Source: an uncultured Chlamydiae bacterium
Lineage (GTDB): Bacteria > Chlamydiota > Chlamydiia > Chlamydiales > Parachlamydiaceae
Length of the DNA stretch: 35,310 bases
Reading direction: 5' to 3'
Assembly: GCA_963754655.1 (NCBI GenBank)
Contig: CAVWGN010000002.1
Location: 1 to 35,310, forward strand
A program made the translations under genes and the position numbers. This document shows, piece after piece, positions 19,881 through 28,428 of the stretch. Numbering within the stretch: the stretch's first letter is position 1; each line of letters starts with the position of its first letter. The notes under the pieces are model-generated. The model did no database searches. It was not told where the DNA came from and worked only from the letters and a program-made list of their open reading frames with translations.

Positions 19881-21200
19881 CTAAGGCGCAGAATAATTCT
19901 TGAGTTTGAGATCATTAGCGGCTTCATTCATACATTTCACACCCCACTTTTTCCATAACTCCACCACAGCGCTCTCAGGGAGAAGTTGAATTAATTGCTG
20001 GTGCATCCAAGTGATCCAAGAATCTTTCTTCCCCGTCATGAGTGCGACATTCAACTCAACTAAGTCCTGATTCTTTTTCACAAATTGACGTAAGACCTTT
20101 TCATAATTAGAAAAACCCATCTCGTGATCGCCTTGTGCCGCATAGAGCTCGCCTGCAAGGATATAGGCTCCTACAATCGCAACGCTTGTGCCTTGTCCTG
20201 AGAGAGGAGAAGAAGCATAGCCAGCATCTCCGACTAAAACCACACGCCCCTCTGACCAATGAGAGAGATGAATCTGTGCAGCAGAATCAAAATAGAAGTC
20301 ATCAGTCTCCTTCATCGCTGCCAACAAACGTGGTGTTTCCCATCCTATATCAGCAAAAGCCTCTTGCAGTAGCTTTTGCTGCCCCTCTTTGTCACCATGA
20401 TCAAAATTTGAAGAACCTGAGGAAAAAGCAAAACCTACTTTCGCATTCAAATCTTTGCTGGAACTATAAACATTAATAAACTTTTGAGGTTCAAAATACT
20501 CAATTTCCCAACGATCTAAATGCAAAAAATTAGGAATGGAATAGACCGCGATGTAAAGACCAAGTTCCTTTAGACAATTTGATTCACTTCCTAATACCAA
20601 GTGGCGCACATTTGAATGCAGTCCATCAGCTCCTATTACAAGATCAAATAGGCGTGGTTTGTTTTTTTCGAACTCAACATAGACACTCTCTTTATTCTGT
20701 GAAAGATGAGTGATGCAGTCCCCAAACAGACACTCCATATCACCCATCTGCTTTAACAAAATGTTACACAAATCACCACGCAAAATCTCGAGATCACCTT
20801 TTATACGCCCTCCACACAAATCTGCGTCTATCTTTTTTGAATGTTTGCCTTTACTCTCGATAATTGTCGCTCCTTGGATATCGGTCCTTGCCTCATAAAT
20901 AGCTGGATACGCTTCCATTTGTCTGATGATGTCTATTGCAATACCCCGAATATCAATTTTGTATCCTCCTGTGCGTAAAGTAGGATGCTTTTCAATTAGA
21001 GTGGGAATAAAACCATACTGCTTAAGCCAGTAGGCAAGCGTAAGACCCGAAATTCCCATTCCTGAAATAAGCACATGCTTGTTTTTCATCTTCGACATCC
21101 CTTCATTTGTTAATTTGTCCATTTTTAAAATTGCTTGTCCTCCCTGCAGGTACAGGGGGAAACAAAAAAGCAACACGATGTTTAAAATGATTCTCTTCAT
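19881..21200 (-). CDS. Class A FAD-dependent monooxygenase, similar to type 2 tetracycline destructases
   Basis: VLISGMGISG (GxGxxG), LVIGADGLHS, RVVLVGDAGY...SPLSGQG, EILRGDL, DDFYFD, GAYILAGEL. Start uncertain (21215, 21200 or the later MKNKH start). Confidence 0.9.
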   Translation of the reverse strand: MKRIILNIVLLFCFPLYLQGGQAILKMDKLTNEGMSKMKNKHVLISGMGISGLTLAYWLKQYGFIPTLIEKHPTLRTGGYKIDIRGIAIDIIRQMEAYPAIYEARTDIQGATIIESKGKHSKKIDADLCGGRIKGDLEILRGDLCNILLKQMGDMECLFGDCITHLSQNKESVYVEFEKNKPRLFDLVIGADGLHSNVRHLVLGSESNCLKELGLYIAVYSIPNFLHLDRWEIEYFEPQKFINVYSSSKDLNAKVGFAFSSGSSNFDHGDKEGQQKLLQEAFADIGWETPRLLAAMKETDDFYFDSAAQIHLSHWSEGRVVLVGDAGYASSPLSGQGTSVAIVGAYILAGELYAAQGDHEMGFSNYEKVLRQFVKKNQDLVELNVALMTGKKDSWITWMHQQLIQLLPESAVVELWKKWGVKCMNEAANDLKLKNYSAP

Positions 21201-21235
21201 TAAAAATTGCCTCATATAAATAATCTATAGCATTC

Positions 21236-21267
21236 ATGATACTTTATTGACCGACTATCGGTCAATA
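21236..21267 (-). promoter_or_regulatory. Promoter of the monooxygenase with overlapping palindromic operator
   Basis: TATTGACCGA-cta-TCGGTCAATA (21245-21267) perfect 10 bp arms; minus strand TTGACC-18 nt-TATCAT overlaps it. Confidence 0.75.
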
Positions 21268-21378
21268 GAGAAAAGAGAATGACTTAGAGATCTATTTTGT
21301 TCTGTCTTTAACTTGATTATTTTTAATAGAGAAATTATAGTTGATGAGAAATTAATTTGAATTTGCAGGAAAAACGTA

Positions 21379-22116
21379 ATGGATAATAAAAAATTTATTT
21401 TGTTTCTTAACATTATTGTTAGTATTTATGCCTCCGCAGCCGGAACTTTGCCTCCTATTTCAAGACAACAACATCTTCCTAAAGATTTTGAAAATCGTAT
21501 TGAAAAACTTAAAGAGTTGAAGCAAGAGAAAAAAGAGGTCAAAACAAAACAAAAAGAAGCTTTGCACGAGCAGCATAAATGTTTTTATCTAGCCCATCAG
21601 AAGAATCGATTAGCCTATTTTGCCGACCATGATGGCTTTATTTGGTTTGATGATAAAGACAATAAATACACATTCTTTCTCAGTAACTTTTATCCAGCAA
21701 AGATAAAAGTTTGGGATATGAAGTTTTCTTGCTCAGAAGCAGCTTTTCAGGCAGCCAAATTTCTGCATAAGCCAGAGCTGGCCGTGCGCTTTACGCATTT
21801 AGATGGTGAAGAGGCTTGGAAACTAGCGCAAAGGCATAGCTATCAACAACGTGCAGATTGGTATCAAGTCCGAGAAAACATTATGCAAGAAGTGCTGCGC
21901 GCTAAATTCAAGCAACATATAGACTTAAGAGATCTATTGTTAGCAACTGGAGATGCTTATTTAGTCGAAAATAGCAGTCGAGATGCCTTTTGGGCAGATG
22001 GCGGTGATGGCAAAGGCAAAAATCGCTTAGGACAGTTGCTGATGCAACTACGAGGCGAACTAGGAGGAATCGGCCCTATTTCCAAATCTGCTAAATATAA
22101 GCAATTTGTTGAATAG
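21379..22116 (+). CDS. NADAR (YbiA-like) family protein with N-terminal signal peptide and coiled coil
   Basis: FLSNFY, SEAAFQAAKF, MQEVLRAKFKQH...LLLATGDAYLVENS..DAFW..G.GKNRLGQLLMQLR. Confidence 0.92.
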   Translation: MDNKKFILFLNIIVSIYASAAGTLPPISRQQHLPKDFENRIEKLKELKQEKKEVKTKQKEALHEQHKCFYLAHQKNRLAYFADHDGFIWFDDKDNKYTFFLSNFYPAKIKVWDMKFSCSEAAFQAAKFLHKPELAVRFTHLDGEEAWKLAQRHSYQQRADWYQVRENIMQEVLRAKFKQHIDLRDLLLATGDAYLVENSSRDAFWADGGDGKGKNRLGQLLMQLRGELGGIGPISKSAKYKQFVE

Positions 22117-22143
22117 TGAAATTGGGTCCAACATTAATCCGAG

Positions 22144-22171
22144 TCTTTTGCCATATTAATATGGCAAAAGA
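22144..22171. terminator. Bidirectional terminator-like palindrome between convergent genes
   Basis: TCTTTTGCCATATT-AATATGGCAAAAGA perfect inverted repeat. Confidence 0.7.
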
Positions 22172-22212
22172 TCTAAGGATCAAAGAATTAAAAATTTTCT
22201 TTGATGATTTGT

Positions 22213-22548
22213 TTACTGTACTTTTCCTGTTTCTTGGTAAGCATCTTTTACTTTTACTTTAGTGTCATAGTAAGTGGCTTTCACTCGATCGGAAGCATCA
22301 TCGTAAGCCTGATGAGGTGTATTAGGGGTTTCATCACACGCATCTTTTACTTTTACTTTAGTGTCATAGTAAGTGGCTTTTACTCGATCCGACGCATCAT
22401 CATACGCATCTTTAGCTTTTACTTTAGTGTCATAGTAAGTTGCTTTAGCACGATCCGAAAGATTAGCATCAGCATAGATACAATCGGTAGGAAAAGATGT
22501 TAAACAAGTGACTCCCAAAAACATATAAATAGATTTACATATTTTCAT
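22213..22548 (-). CDS. Small exported repeat protein, LEA-like 22-residue repeats
   Basis: Signal-like N-terminus then three copies of SDR(V/A)KATYYDTKVK(A/V)KDA; DNA copies near 22242, 22341 and 22407 (99 and 66 bp apart); AAGGAAG RBS. Confidence 0.8.
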   Translation of the reverse strand: MKICKSIYMFLGVTCLTSFPTDCIYADANLSDRAKATYYDTKVKAKDAYDDASDRVKATYYDTKVKVKDACDETPNTPHQAYDDASDRVKATYYDTKVKVKDAYQETGKVQ

Positions 22549-23013
22549 AAATTACTTCCTTTTTTAAAATATTTTGAGATGGTTTTAATATTTACTTATA
22601 AGCTTACTTTATCGATATGTTTTTGTAAAGTAAGAAGTTTTATTACATATATTAATATCTTTAAAAATTTTATTTTGTTATGATCGTAACAATATATATC
22701 CTATATTAGGATCCACATTAATCATCTTTAAACATCCTTCTTTTATTTGGCCACGGAACGCGCCTTAAATTAGGCTTTAAATATTTTTAAGATTGTATTG
22801 TAAGCAAGCGAGATAATGTCAAATTTGCAAAACTTTAGTGATTTTGGAGTTCTTTAGATCTTAGTTAAACAAAATTCGAAAATTAAATGCTCAATAAGAC
22901 AGCAATTCTCTTTCAACTTTTGAATTTTGCAAGTTCTCTATAATATTCGCACTATTGAATGTTTTAAATTTTTTATCCATGTCCGGAATACGCTACTTAA
23001 AGAAATTGTCCTA

Positions 23014-23634
23014 TCAAGATTTCCAATTCATATAATCAAATGATCCTTTCGGAGCCTGCAATAGCTGCTCAATTATTCGAGGCAGGGCTTTTTTTCGACG
23101 AATTAATTCTTCCTTTGACCAGGGATAGATTCCCTGATCTATCAAAAATTGTGCGGCTGCAAGGATAAATTCAGCAGCTTCTAATGGAGTATCGGTTTGG
23201 AAAAGACCTTCTTGACATCCTTGCTCGATCAGGCAAGCATATAGAGGAGCTAACTTTGAAAGTGTCACGGCCAATAACTGAGTATGCAAAATGCTATTGC
23301 CTGAGCGGTGCAATGCATGCAATTTTTCCGCTTGCTCTTCCTCGACCCGCCCTGCAGCAAACACTGCCTGCATTTTATCTAGTGCGTTCCCTTGACTTTC
23401 TTCCAAAGCTGTTTTAACACCTAATAGATACTCGTCCACCATGTCTTGAACAACAGCTTCCAATAAATCCGCTTTGGATTTGAAGTAATGGTAGGTGGTT
23501 CCCTTGGCGATATTTAGCTTCTGCATCACATCTTGTATAGTAGTATTTTCATAATCTTTTGCAAGAAATAATTCTCGGCTTGCTCTTACGATTTCACGAC
23601 GACGCTCTTCAGGTTTTTTGACAATGCGCCCCAT
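23014..23634 (-). CDS. TetR/AcrR family transcriptional regulator
   Basis: ELFLAKDYENTTIQDVMQKLNIAKGTTYHYFKSKADLL helix-turn-helix; AAGGAGG RBS. Confidence 0.96.
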   Translation of the reverse strand: MGRIVKKPEERRREIVRASRELFLAKDYENTTIQDVMQKLNIAKGTTYHYFKSKADLLEAVVQDMVDEYLLGVKTALEESQGNALDKMQAVFAAGRVEEEQAEKLHALHRSGNSILHTQLLAVTLSKLAPLYACLIEQGCQEGLFQTDTPLEAAEFILAAAQFLIDQGIYPWSKEELIRRKKALPRIIEQLLQAPKGSFDYMNWKS

Positions 23635-23682
23635 GTTTTCCCCTCCTTGTTATTTACCAATTGCGTCAACAATTGACCACCA

Positions 23683-23706
23683 TGCAAAAACTAATGTAAC
23701 GAAGTA
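23683..23706. repeat. Isolated degenerate terminus of element A abutting the next copy
   Basis: tgcaaaaactaatgtaacgaagta resembles the right end cgcaaaactaatgtggttgagta (24892-24914); separated from the A left end by CTAT. Confidence 0.65.
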
Positions 23707-23822
23707 CTATTACTCCATTACATTAGTTTTGCGTATTTGACTGCTTCAAAGCCCGGATTGAGATGAGATGATTCTCTTGTAGTCCTTCAGACTACATGAC
23801 GAGGGCCAATCTAACCCAGGGC

Positions 23823-24216
23823 AGGGTGTTTATTTTGTGCAAAAAATGAGCTTTATTTTTCACAATAATTGGCATAGTTGAATTGAAGATCGCATGTTTA
23901 TGCCGTCCTTTCAGGACTCGATGTCTTTTTGATAGAACCCAGGCCTCCGCTTCGCTGCGACCTGGGCTGTAACATGACGGCCCTTCAGGCCTTAACAAGA
24001 GATGTTTAAGTCCCTCTTCTATAGTCCCTAAATCATCTTTTTGTTAAGGCCTGAAGGGCCGTCATGTTACAGCCCAGGTCGCAGCGAAGCGGAGGCCTGG
24101 GTTCTATCAAAAAGACATCGAGTCCTGAAAGGACGGCATAAACATGCGATCTTCAATTCAACTATGCCAATTATTGTGAAAAATAAAGCTCATTTTTTGC
24201 ACAAAATAAACACCCT
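23823..24216. mobile_element. Foldback element B (394 bp), nested in A
   Basis: 176 bp inverted arms (23823-23998 / 24041-24216) with no mismatch found, 42 nt spacer, ends AGGGTGTTT / AAACACCCT, flanked by direct repeat AACCCAGGGC (23813-22, 24217-26). Confidence 0.93.
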
Positions 24217-24232
24217 AACCCAGGGCATCGCC

Positions 24233-24602
24233 CATAAGCATCAAGCTAAGAGATGAGCGTAGGCTACGTGACGCATTCAGTCGCCGCGCCGCTTCGCTCT
24301 GGGCTCTAGGTGAGGGGGTTGAGGACCCACCGTTCGGTCGCCCTCCGGGCTCGATCACGGTGGGCTATTACCAGTCGTCCTACGGACTCTAGCGGCATTA
24401 TCAGAACGCCTTAAATAGCATTCAATGGCTTCTAGATTGCCGCTAGAGTCCGTAGGACGACTGGTAATAGCCCACCGTGACCGAGCCCGGAGGGCGACCG
24501 AACGGTGGGTCCTCAACCCCCTCACCTAGAGCCCAGAGCGAAGCGGCGCGGCGACTGAATGCGTCACGTAGCCTACGCTCATCTCTTAGCTTGATGCTTA
24601 TG
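24233..24602. mobile_element. Foldback element C (370 bp, GC-rich), nested in A
   Basis: 165 bp inverted arms (24233-24397 / 24438-24602), one mismatch seen, 40 nt spacer, ends CATAAGCATCAAGCTAAG / CTTAGCTTGATGCTTATG, flanked by GGCATCGCC and GGCGATGCC. Confidence 0.9.
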
Positions 24603-24930
24603 GGCGATGCCCTGGGCTATTTTTATTTGAAGCCTTTCAGGCTCTGAACATTGGACATCTTTTTGTTAACCGTCTCTAAAATGATTGTGGAGTATGTAGC
24701 ATTTAATAGGCATGGCCCCTACAATTGTTATAGAAGCAGGTCTTATAAAAATGTCCAATTTCAGATCCTGAAAGGCTTCAAATAAAATAGCCCAGGGCAT
24801 CGCCCTGGGTTAGATTAGCCCTCTTAATGTAGTCTGAAAGACTACAAGAGCATCATCTCATCCCAATTCCGGCTTTGAAGCAGTCCAAATACGCAAAACT
24901 AATGTGGTTGAGTACTAGTACTACTCTTCT

Positions 24931-25863
24931 CTATTGCAATCCAGCACGCATCAGGCGTTCGGCAATGGTTTGCCACAAACCGTGGCGTGGAAAGTCCATG
25001 TCAACCCACGCTTGGTTAGCTTCTTCCTGGTCAAGTTGACGCAATGCTTGGTAGAGATTCTCGGCAACTTCTTCTGGACTGAAAAGAGAGCCTAATAAAA
25101 TGACCCGCTTGTTTGCAGGATAAGTCCGCTCTTTAAATCCTAGTACAAATGTCGCTTCGGCTATTCCTGCAGGATCACCCAAAATTAGGCGAGCATGTGG
25201 GGCATAGTGCCGAAATAATTGCCCTGGACAAAGAGGTGAATCGCCCTGCGTTTTTTGCACAAAGCGAGGTTGATAACCAAGGGTGGTTTCAAAAGCCTCT
25301 GATGCCAAAGCACCTAAACGAACAATCACCCACTCCCTTCCTTGATAAAGAAGGATTGTCGACTCCACTCCTTTTGAACAGCTGCCACCATCTAATATTG
25401 GAAAATCCGCACCGAAGTCTTCCTCTACATGTTCAGGCCGAGTGGCAGATGGACGTCCCGATAAATTAGCAGAAGGCATCACTAAAGGACCTGTTTCTTT
25501 GAGCAGCTGTCGAGTTAAGGCAAGATCAGGAACACGAAAGCCTGCCGTGGGAAGTCCTGCTCGTACAATAGAAGGAACCTCCGCATGAACTGGCAAAACG
25601 CAAGTCAAAGAACCTGGCCAAAATGTTGTGGCTAAAGCTTCAAAGTTTGGAGGATAATGAGTGACGTAGCGACCGATTTGCTGCCAATCTGCAAAGTGAA
25701 TGATAAGAGGATTAGCTCGTGGCCGTCCTTTCAAGGCAAAAATGCGTTCGATGGCAGTAGGCTGGTCTAAGCAAGCTGCTAGGCCATACACCGTTTCTGT
25801 CGGCACAGCCATTACCTGTCCGGAGCGAAGCATAACAATAGATTGAGAAAGGGTTAAACGCAT
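24931..25863 (-). CDS. sua5: L-threonylcarbamoyladenylate synthase, Sua5-type
   Basis: VPTETVYGL, KGRPRANPLIIH, PSANLSGRPS, GVESTI, PGQLFRHYAP linker and C-terminal SUA5 domain. Confidence 0.96.
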   Translation of the reverse strand: MRLTLSQSIVMLRSGQVMAVPTETVYGLAACLDQPTAIERIFALKGRPRANPLIIHFADWQQIGRYVTHYPPNFEALATTFWPGSLTCVLPVHAEVPSIVRAGLPTAGFRVPDLALTRQLLKETGPLVMPSANLSGRPSATRPEHVEEDFGADFPILDGGSCSKGVESTILLYQGREWVIVRLGALASEAFETTLGYQPRFVQKTQGDSPLCPGQLFRHYAPHARLILGDPAGIAEATFVLGFKERTYPANKRVILLGSLFSPEEVAENLYQALRQLDQEEANQAWVDMDFPRHGLWQTIAERLMRAGLQ

Positions 25864-25876
25864 AGATTTCTAAACG

Positions 25877-27109
25877 TTATTTTAACATGCGAATGACATC
25901 CCGTAAAGAAGCAATCAAGACATCTACCTCTTCTTTCGTATTATAGCAGGCAAAAGAAGCGCGAGCAGTTGCTGGGATATTAAAGAAACGCATGACGGGT
26001 TGCGCACAATGATGGCCAGTACGGATAGCAATTCCTCTCAAATCCAAAAAAGTTCCAATATCAAGTGGATGAATGCCTTCAATAGTAAAGCTGATCAATG
26101 CTCCTTTTTGGGGAGCTTGTCCGACGATTCTTAACCCAGGAATCTCTTCCATCTGCGCAGTTGCATAACTCAAAAGCTCATGCTCCCAACTTTGAATCGC
26201 CTCTATTCCAATGGACTGAATATAATCAATTGCTGCTCCTAATCCCATGACTTCAGCAATCATAGGCGTTCCAGCCTCAAACTTGAATGGCAACACATTA
26301 TATGTTGTTTTTGGAAAAGTGACAGATTCAATCATATCCCCCCCTCCTTGATAAGGAGGCATTTGATTGAGAAGATCCGATTTACCATATAAAATTCCAA
26401 TGCCGGTAGGTCCCATGACCTTATGCCCCGAAAAAACAAAGAAATCAGCATCGAGATCTTGCACATCTATTTTGACATGGGGTGCACTTTGGGCACCATC
26501 TACTAACACTTTAGCTCCCACTTGATGAGCCATGGCAATGATTTGCTTAATAGGATTAAGCGTTCCTAAGGAATTGGAAATATGAGTGACAGCCACCAAG
26601 CGAGTACGTGGGTTGAGAAGCTTGGCATATTCTTCTAACAAAAGTTCTCCCTTTTCATTCATGGGAATCATTTTAAGAATGGCTCCTCGATCTTCGCATA
26701 AAATTTGCCAAGGAACAATATTGGAGTGATGCTCCATGGCGCTGATGAGAATCTCATCTCCAGGCTTGACAAATGCCTTGCCAAAAGAATACGCCACCAT
26801 ATTGATTGATTCGGTTGTTCCCCTTGTAAAAATGATCTCCTCATCTTTGGCGGCATGAAGAAAAGCGCGTACCTTTTGGCGGGTTTTTTGGTAATCTTCG
26901 GTTGAGCGCACAGCAAGTTGGTAAACTGCCCGATGGACGGTTCCATAATGATCGCAATAAAAACTCGTAATGGCGTCAATGACACTTGAAGGCTTTTGTG
27001 CGGTTGCAGCAGAATCAAGATAAACTAAGGGCTTTCCATGCATCGTTTTCTTCAACATGGGAAAATCTTGTCTCAGGCGTTGAACATCCATTTTTGAAAA
27101 GGGATTCAT
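25877..27109 (-). CDS. sufS: Cysteine desulfurase
   Basis: YLDSAATAQKP, MEHHSNIVPW, FSGHK (PLP lysine), IRTGHHCAQP. Confidence 0.97.
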   Translation of the reverse strand: MNPFSKMDVQRLRQDFPMLKKTMHGKPLVYLDSAATAQKPSSVIDAITSFYCDHYGTVHRAVYQLAVRSTEDYQKTRQKVRAFLHAAKDEEIIFTRGTTESINMVAYSFGKAFVKPGDEILISAMEHHSNIVPWQILCEDRGAILKMIPMNEKGELLLEEYAKLLNPRTRLVAVTHISNSLGTLNPIKQIIAMAHQVGAKVLVDGAQSAPHVKIDVQDLDADFFVFSGHKVMGPTGIGILYGKSDLLNQMPPYQGGGDMIESVTFPKTTYNVLPFKFEAGTPMIAEVMGLGAAIDYIQSIGIEAIQSWEHELLSYATAQMEEIPGLRIVGQAPQKGALISFTIEGIHPLDIGTFLDLRGIAIRTGHHCAQPVMRFFNIPATARASFACYNTKEEVDVLIASLRDVIRMLK

Positions 27110-28428
27110 GGCTGATTCTTGGTTAAATAGTGACGTGCTTTATTTGAAATCTCCTCGCGTAGCGACAGCAATGGAATCATTTCAATGACTTGCTCGCAAA
27201 AACCATAAATGAGAAGGTTTTTGGCCGCTTCATTAGAAAAACCGCGTGTTTTCATATAAAATAATTGCTCAGCATCCAATTGACCCACTGTTGCTCCGTG
27301 AGAGGCTTTGACATCATCAGCAAAAATTTCGAGATTAGGCTTACTGTCGGCATGTGCATGATCATTAAGCACTAAGTTGTTGTTGAGTTGAAATGCCTCT
27401 GTCTTTTGAGCGAGCTGCCGAACCATAATTTTTCCTTCAAAACTAGATCGGCTAAAATCATTCAACACTGCTTTAAAAAGCTGATAGGAGCGACAAAATG
27501 GCGCTTGGTGATCCATAAAGACATGGGCATGCGCTTCCCGTTTTTCCGATAACATGCACACCCCATTGAGAAGAGCTTCAGCATTTTCTCCCACCAAAGA
27601 AATTTTATAATCAGTACGCACTGTCGTACTACCCCCTGTTACACTAACAGTTTTAAGCGTACTATCACGCTTAAGAGTGGCACGTAAAGCATCGAAATGC
27701 CAACCTTGGGGATGTTCGTCGCATAGCACTTGTGTATAATGGACATGCGCCCCTTCATCAATGACAAATTCAGACACTTGATTGACAAAATAACCCACTG
27801 TAGCCCGATTCTTTTGTGTACTAATGAAATGCACATTGGAATGTGTCCCCACAAAGATTTGCAAACGCGGCATGAGCATTTGCAAATGCTCATCTTGATC
27901 GATCACATGCAAAATCTGAATAGGCGCCTCAACTACACATTTGGGAGGCAGATAGAGAAAAGCTCCTTTGCGATGCAAGGCTGCATTCAGAGCAGCAAAT
28001 GAGTCACTCTCTTCTTTTAAGCTTTTTGTCCAATAATTATTGAGAAAAGCACCATAAGTTTGCGTGGCTTCTTGCAGGGATGACACCACCATTTTAGCAG
28101 GCAATGCCTGAAGATTAGATAGCTGAGGAGCATAACAGCCATTGACAAACACCAAAACAGAGTGGCGACATTCTGGATAAATCCAATCGTGGATTTGATC
28201 AGCTGCAAATGCCTTTTCATTGGCCAATTGATAAGGTTGCGAGAAAAGATGACGCAGCTTGATATAGCGATAGACCTCATTGTGACGGGAAGGTAATCCT
28301 AAAGAAAGAAAGTGCTGCCAAGCCTTCTGACGGACACGCTCTAATGGATCACTCATAGAGGCTTGGGTTCGCAGATTCTCCAGTAAATTTTTAAACGTTT
28401 CCTGTTCAATTCCAGGCTGAGCCATCAT
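27106..28428 (-). CDS. sufD: Fe-S cluster assembly protein SufD
   Basis: [24 protein letters not shown]...LFYMKTRG; start set at the ATGA overlap with the sufC stop. Confidence 0.95.
   Translation of the reverse strand: MMAQPGIEQETFKNLLENLRTQASMSDPLERVRQKAWQHFLSLGLPSRHNEVYRYIKLRHLFSQPYQLANEKAFAADQIHDWIYPECRHSVLVFVNGCYAPQLSNLQALPAKMVVSSLQEATQTYGAFLNNYWTKSLKEESDSFAALNAALHRKGAFLYLPPKCVVEAPIQILHVIDQDEHLQMLMPRLQIFVGTHSNVHFISTQKNRATVGYFVNQVSEFVIDEGAHVHYTQVLCDEHPQGWHFDALRATLKRDSTLKTVSVTGGSTTVRTDYKISLVGENAEALLNGVCMLSEKREAHAHVFMDHQAPFCRSYQLFKAVLNDFSRSSFEGKIMVRQLAQKTEAFQLNNNLVLNDHAHADSKPNLEIFADDVKASHGATVGQLDAEQLFYMKTRGFSNEAAKNLLIYGFCEQVIEMIPLLSLREEISNKARHYLTKNQP

Larger units (their letters stand above)
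23711..24914. mobile_element. Foldback element A (outer MITE, ~421 bp once inserts are removed)
   Basis: Left end TACTCCATTACATTAGTTTTGCGTA and right end TACGCAAAACTAATGTGGTTGAGTA, flanked by CTAT / CTAG; imperfect ~170 bp arms (23711-23822 plus 24603-24664 versus 24747-24914). Confidence 0.88.

Noticed and set aside
22213..22548. Direct repeats as a mini CRISPR; overlapping plus-strand ORF 22201-22503
   Set aside because: Spacing is a multiple of 33 bp and in frame with a minus-strand ORF that has an RBS and leader; the plus-strand ORF is its antisense shadow.
23792..24256. Twin ORFs MLRPEGPSCYSPGRSEAEAWV... on opposite strands (and the similar tail of ORF 77-262)
   Set aside because: They are translations of the two arms of palindromic element B, with TTG starts and no RBS; no support for coding.
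23711..24914. Possible CRISPR array or integron attC cassette array
   Set aside because: Repeats are long inverted arms, not regularly spaced direct repeats with unique spacers; no cas or integrase gene in the window.
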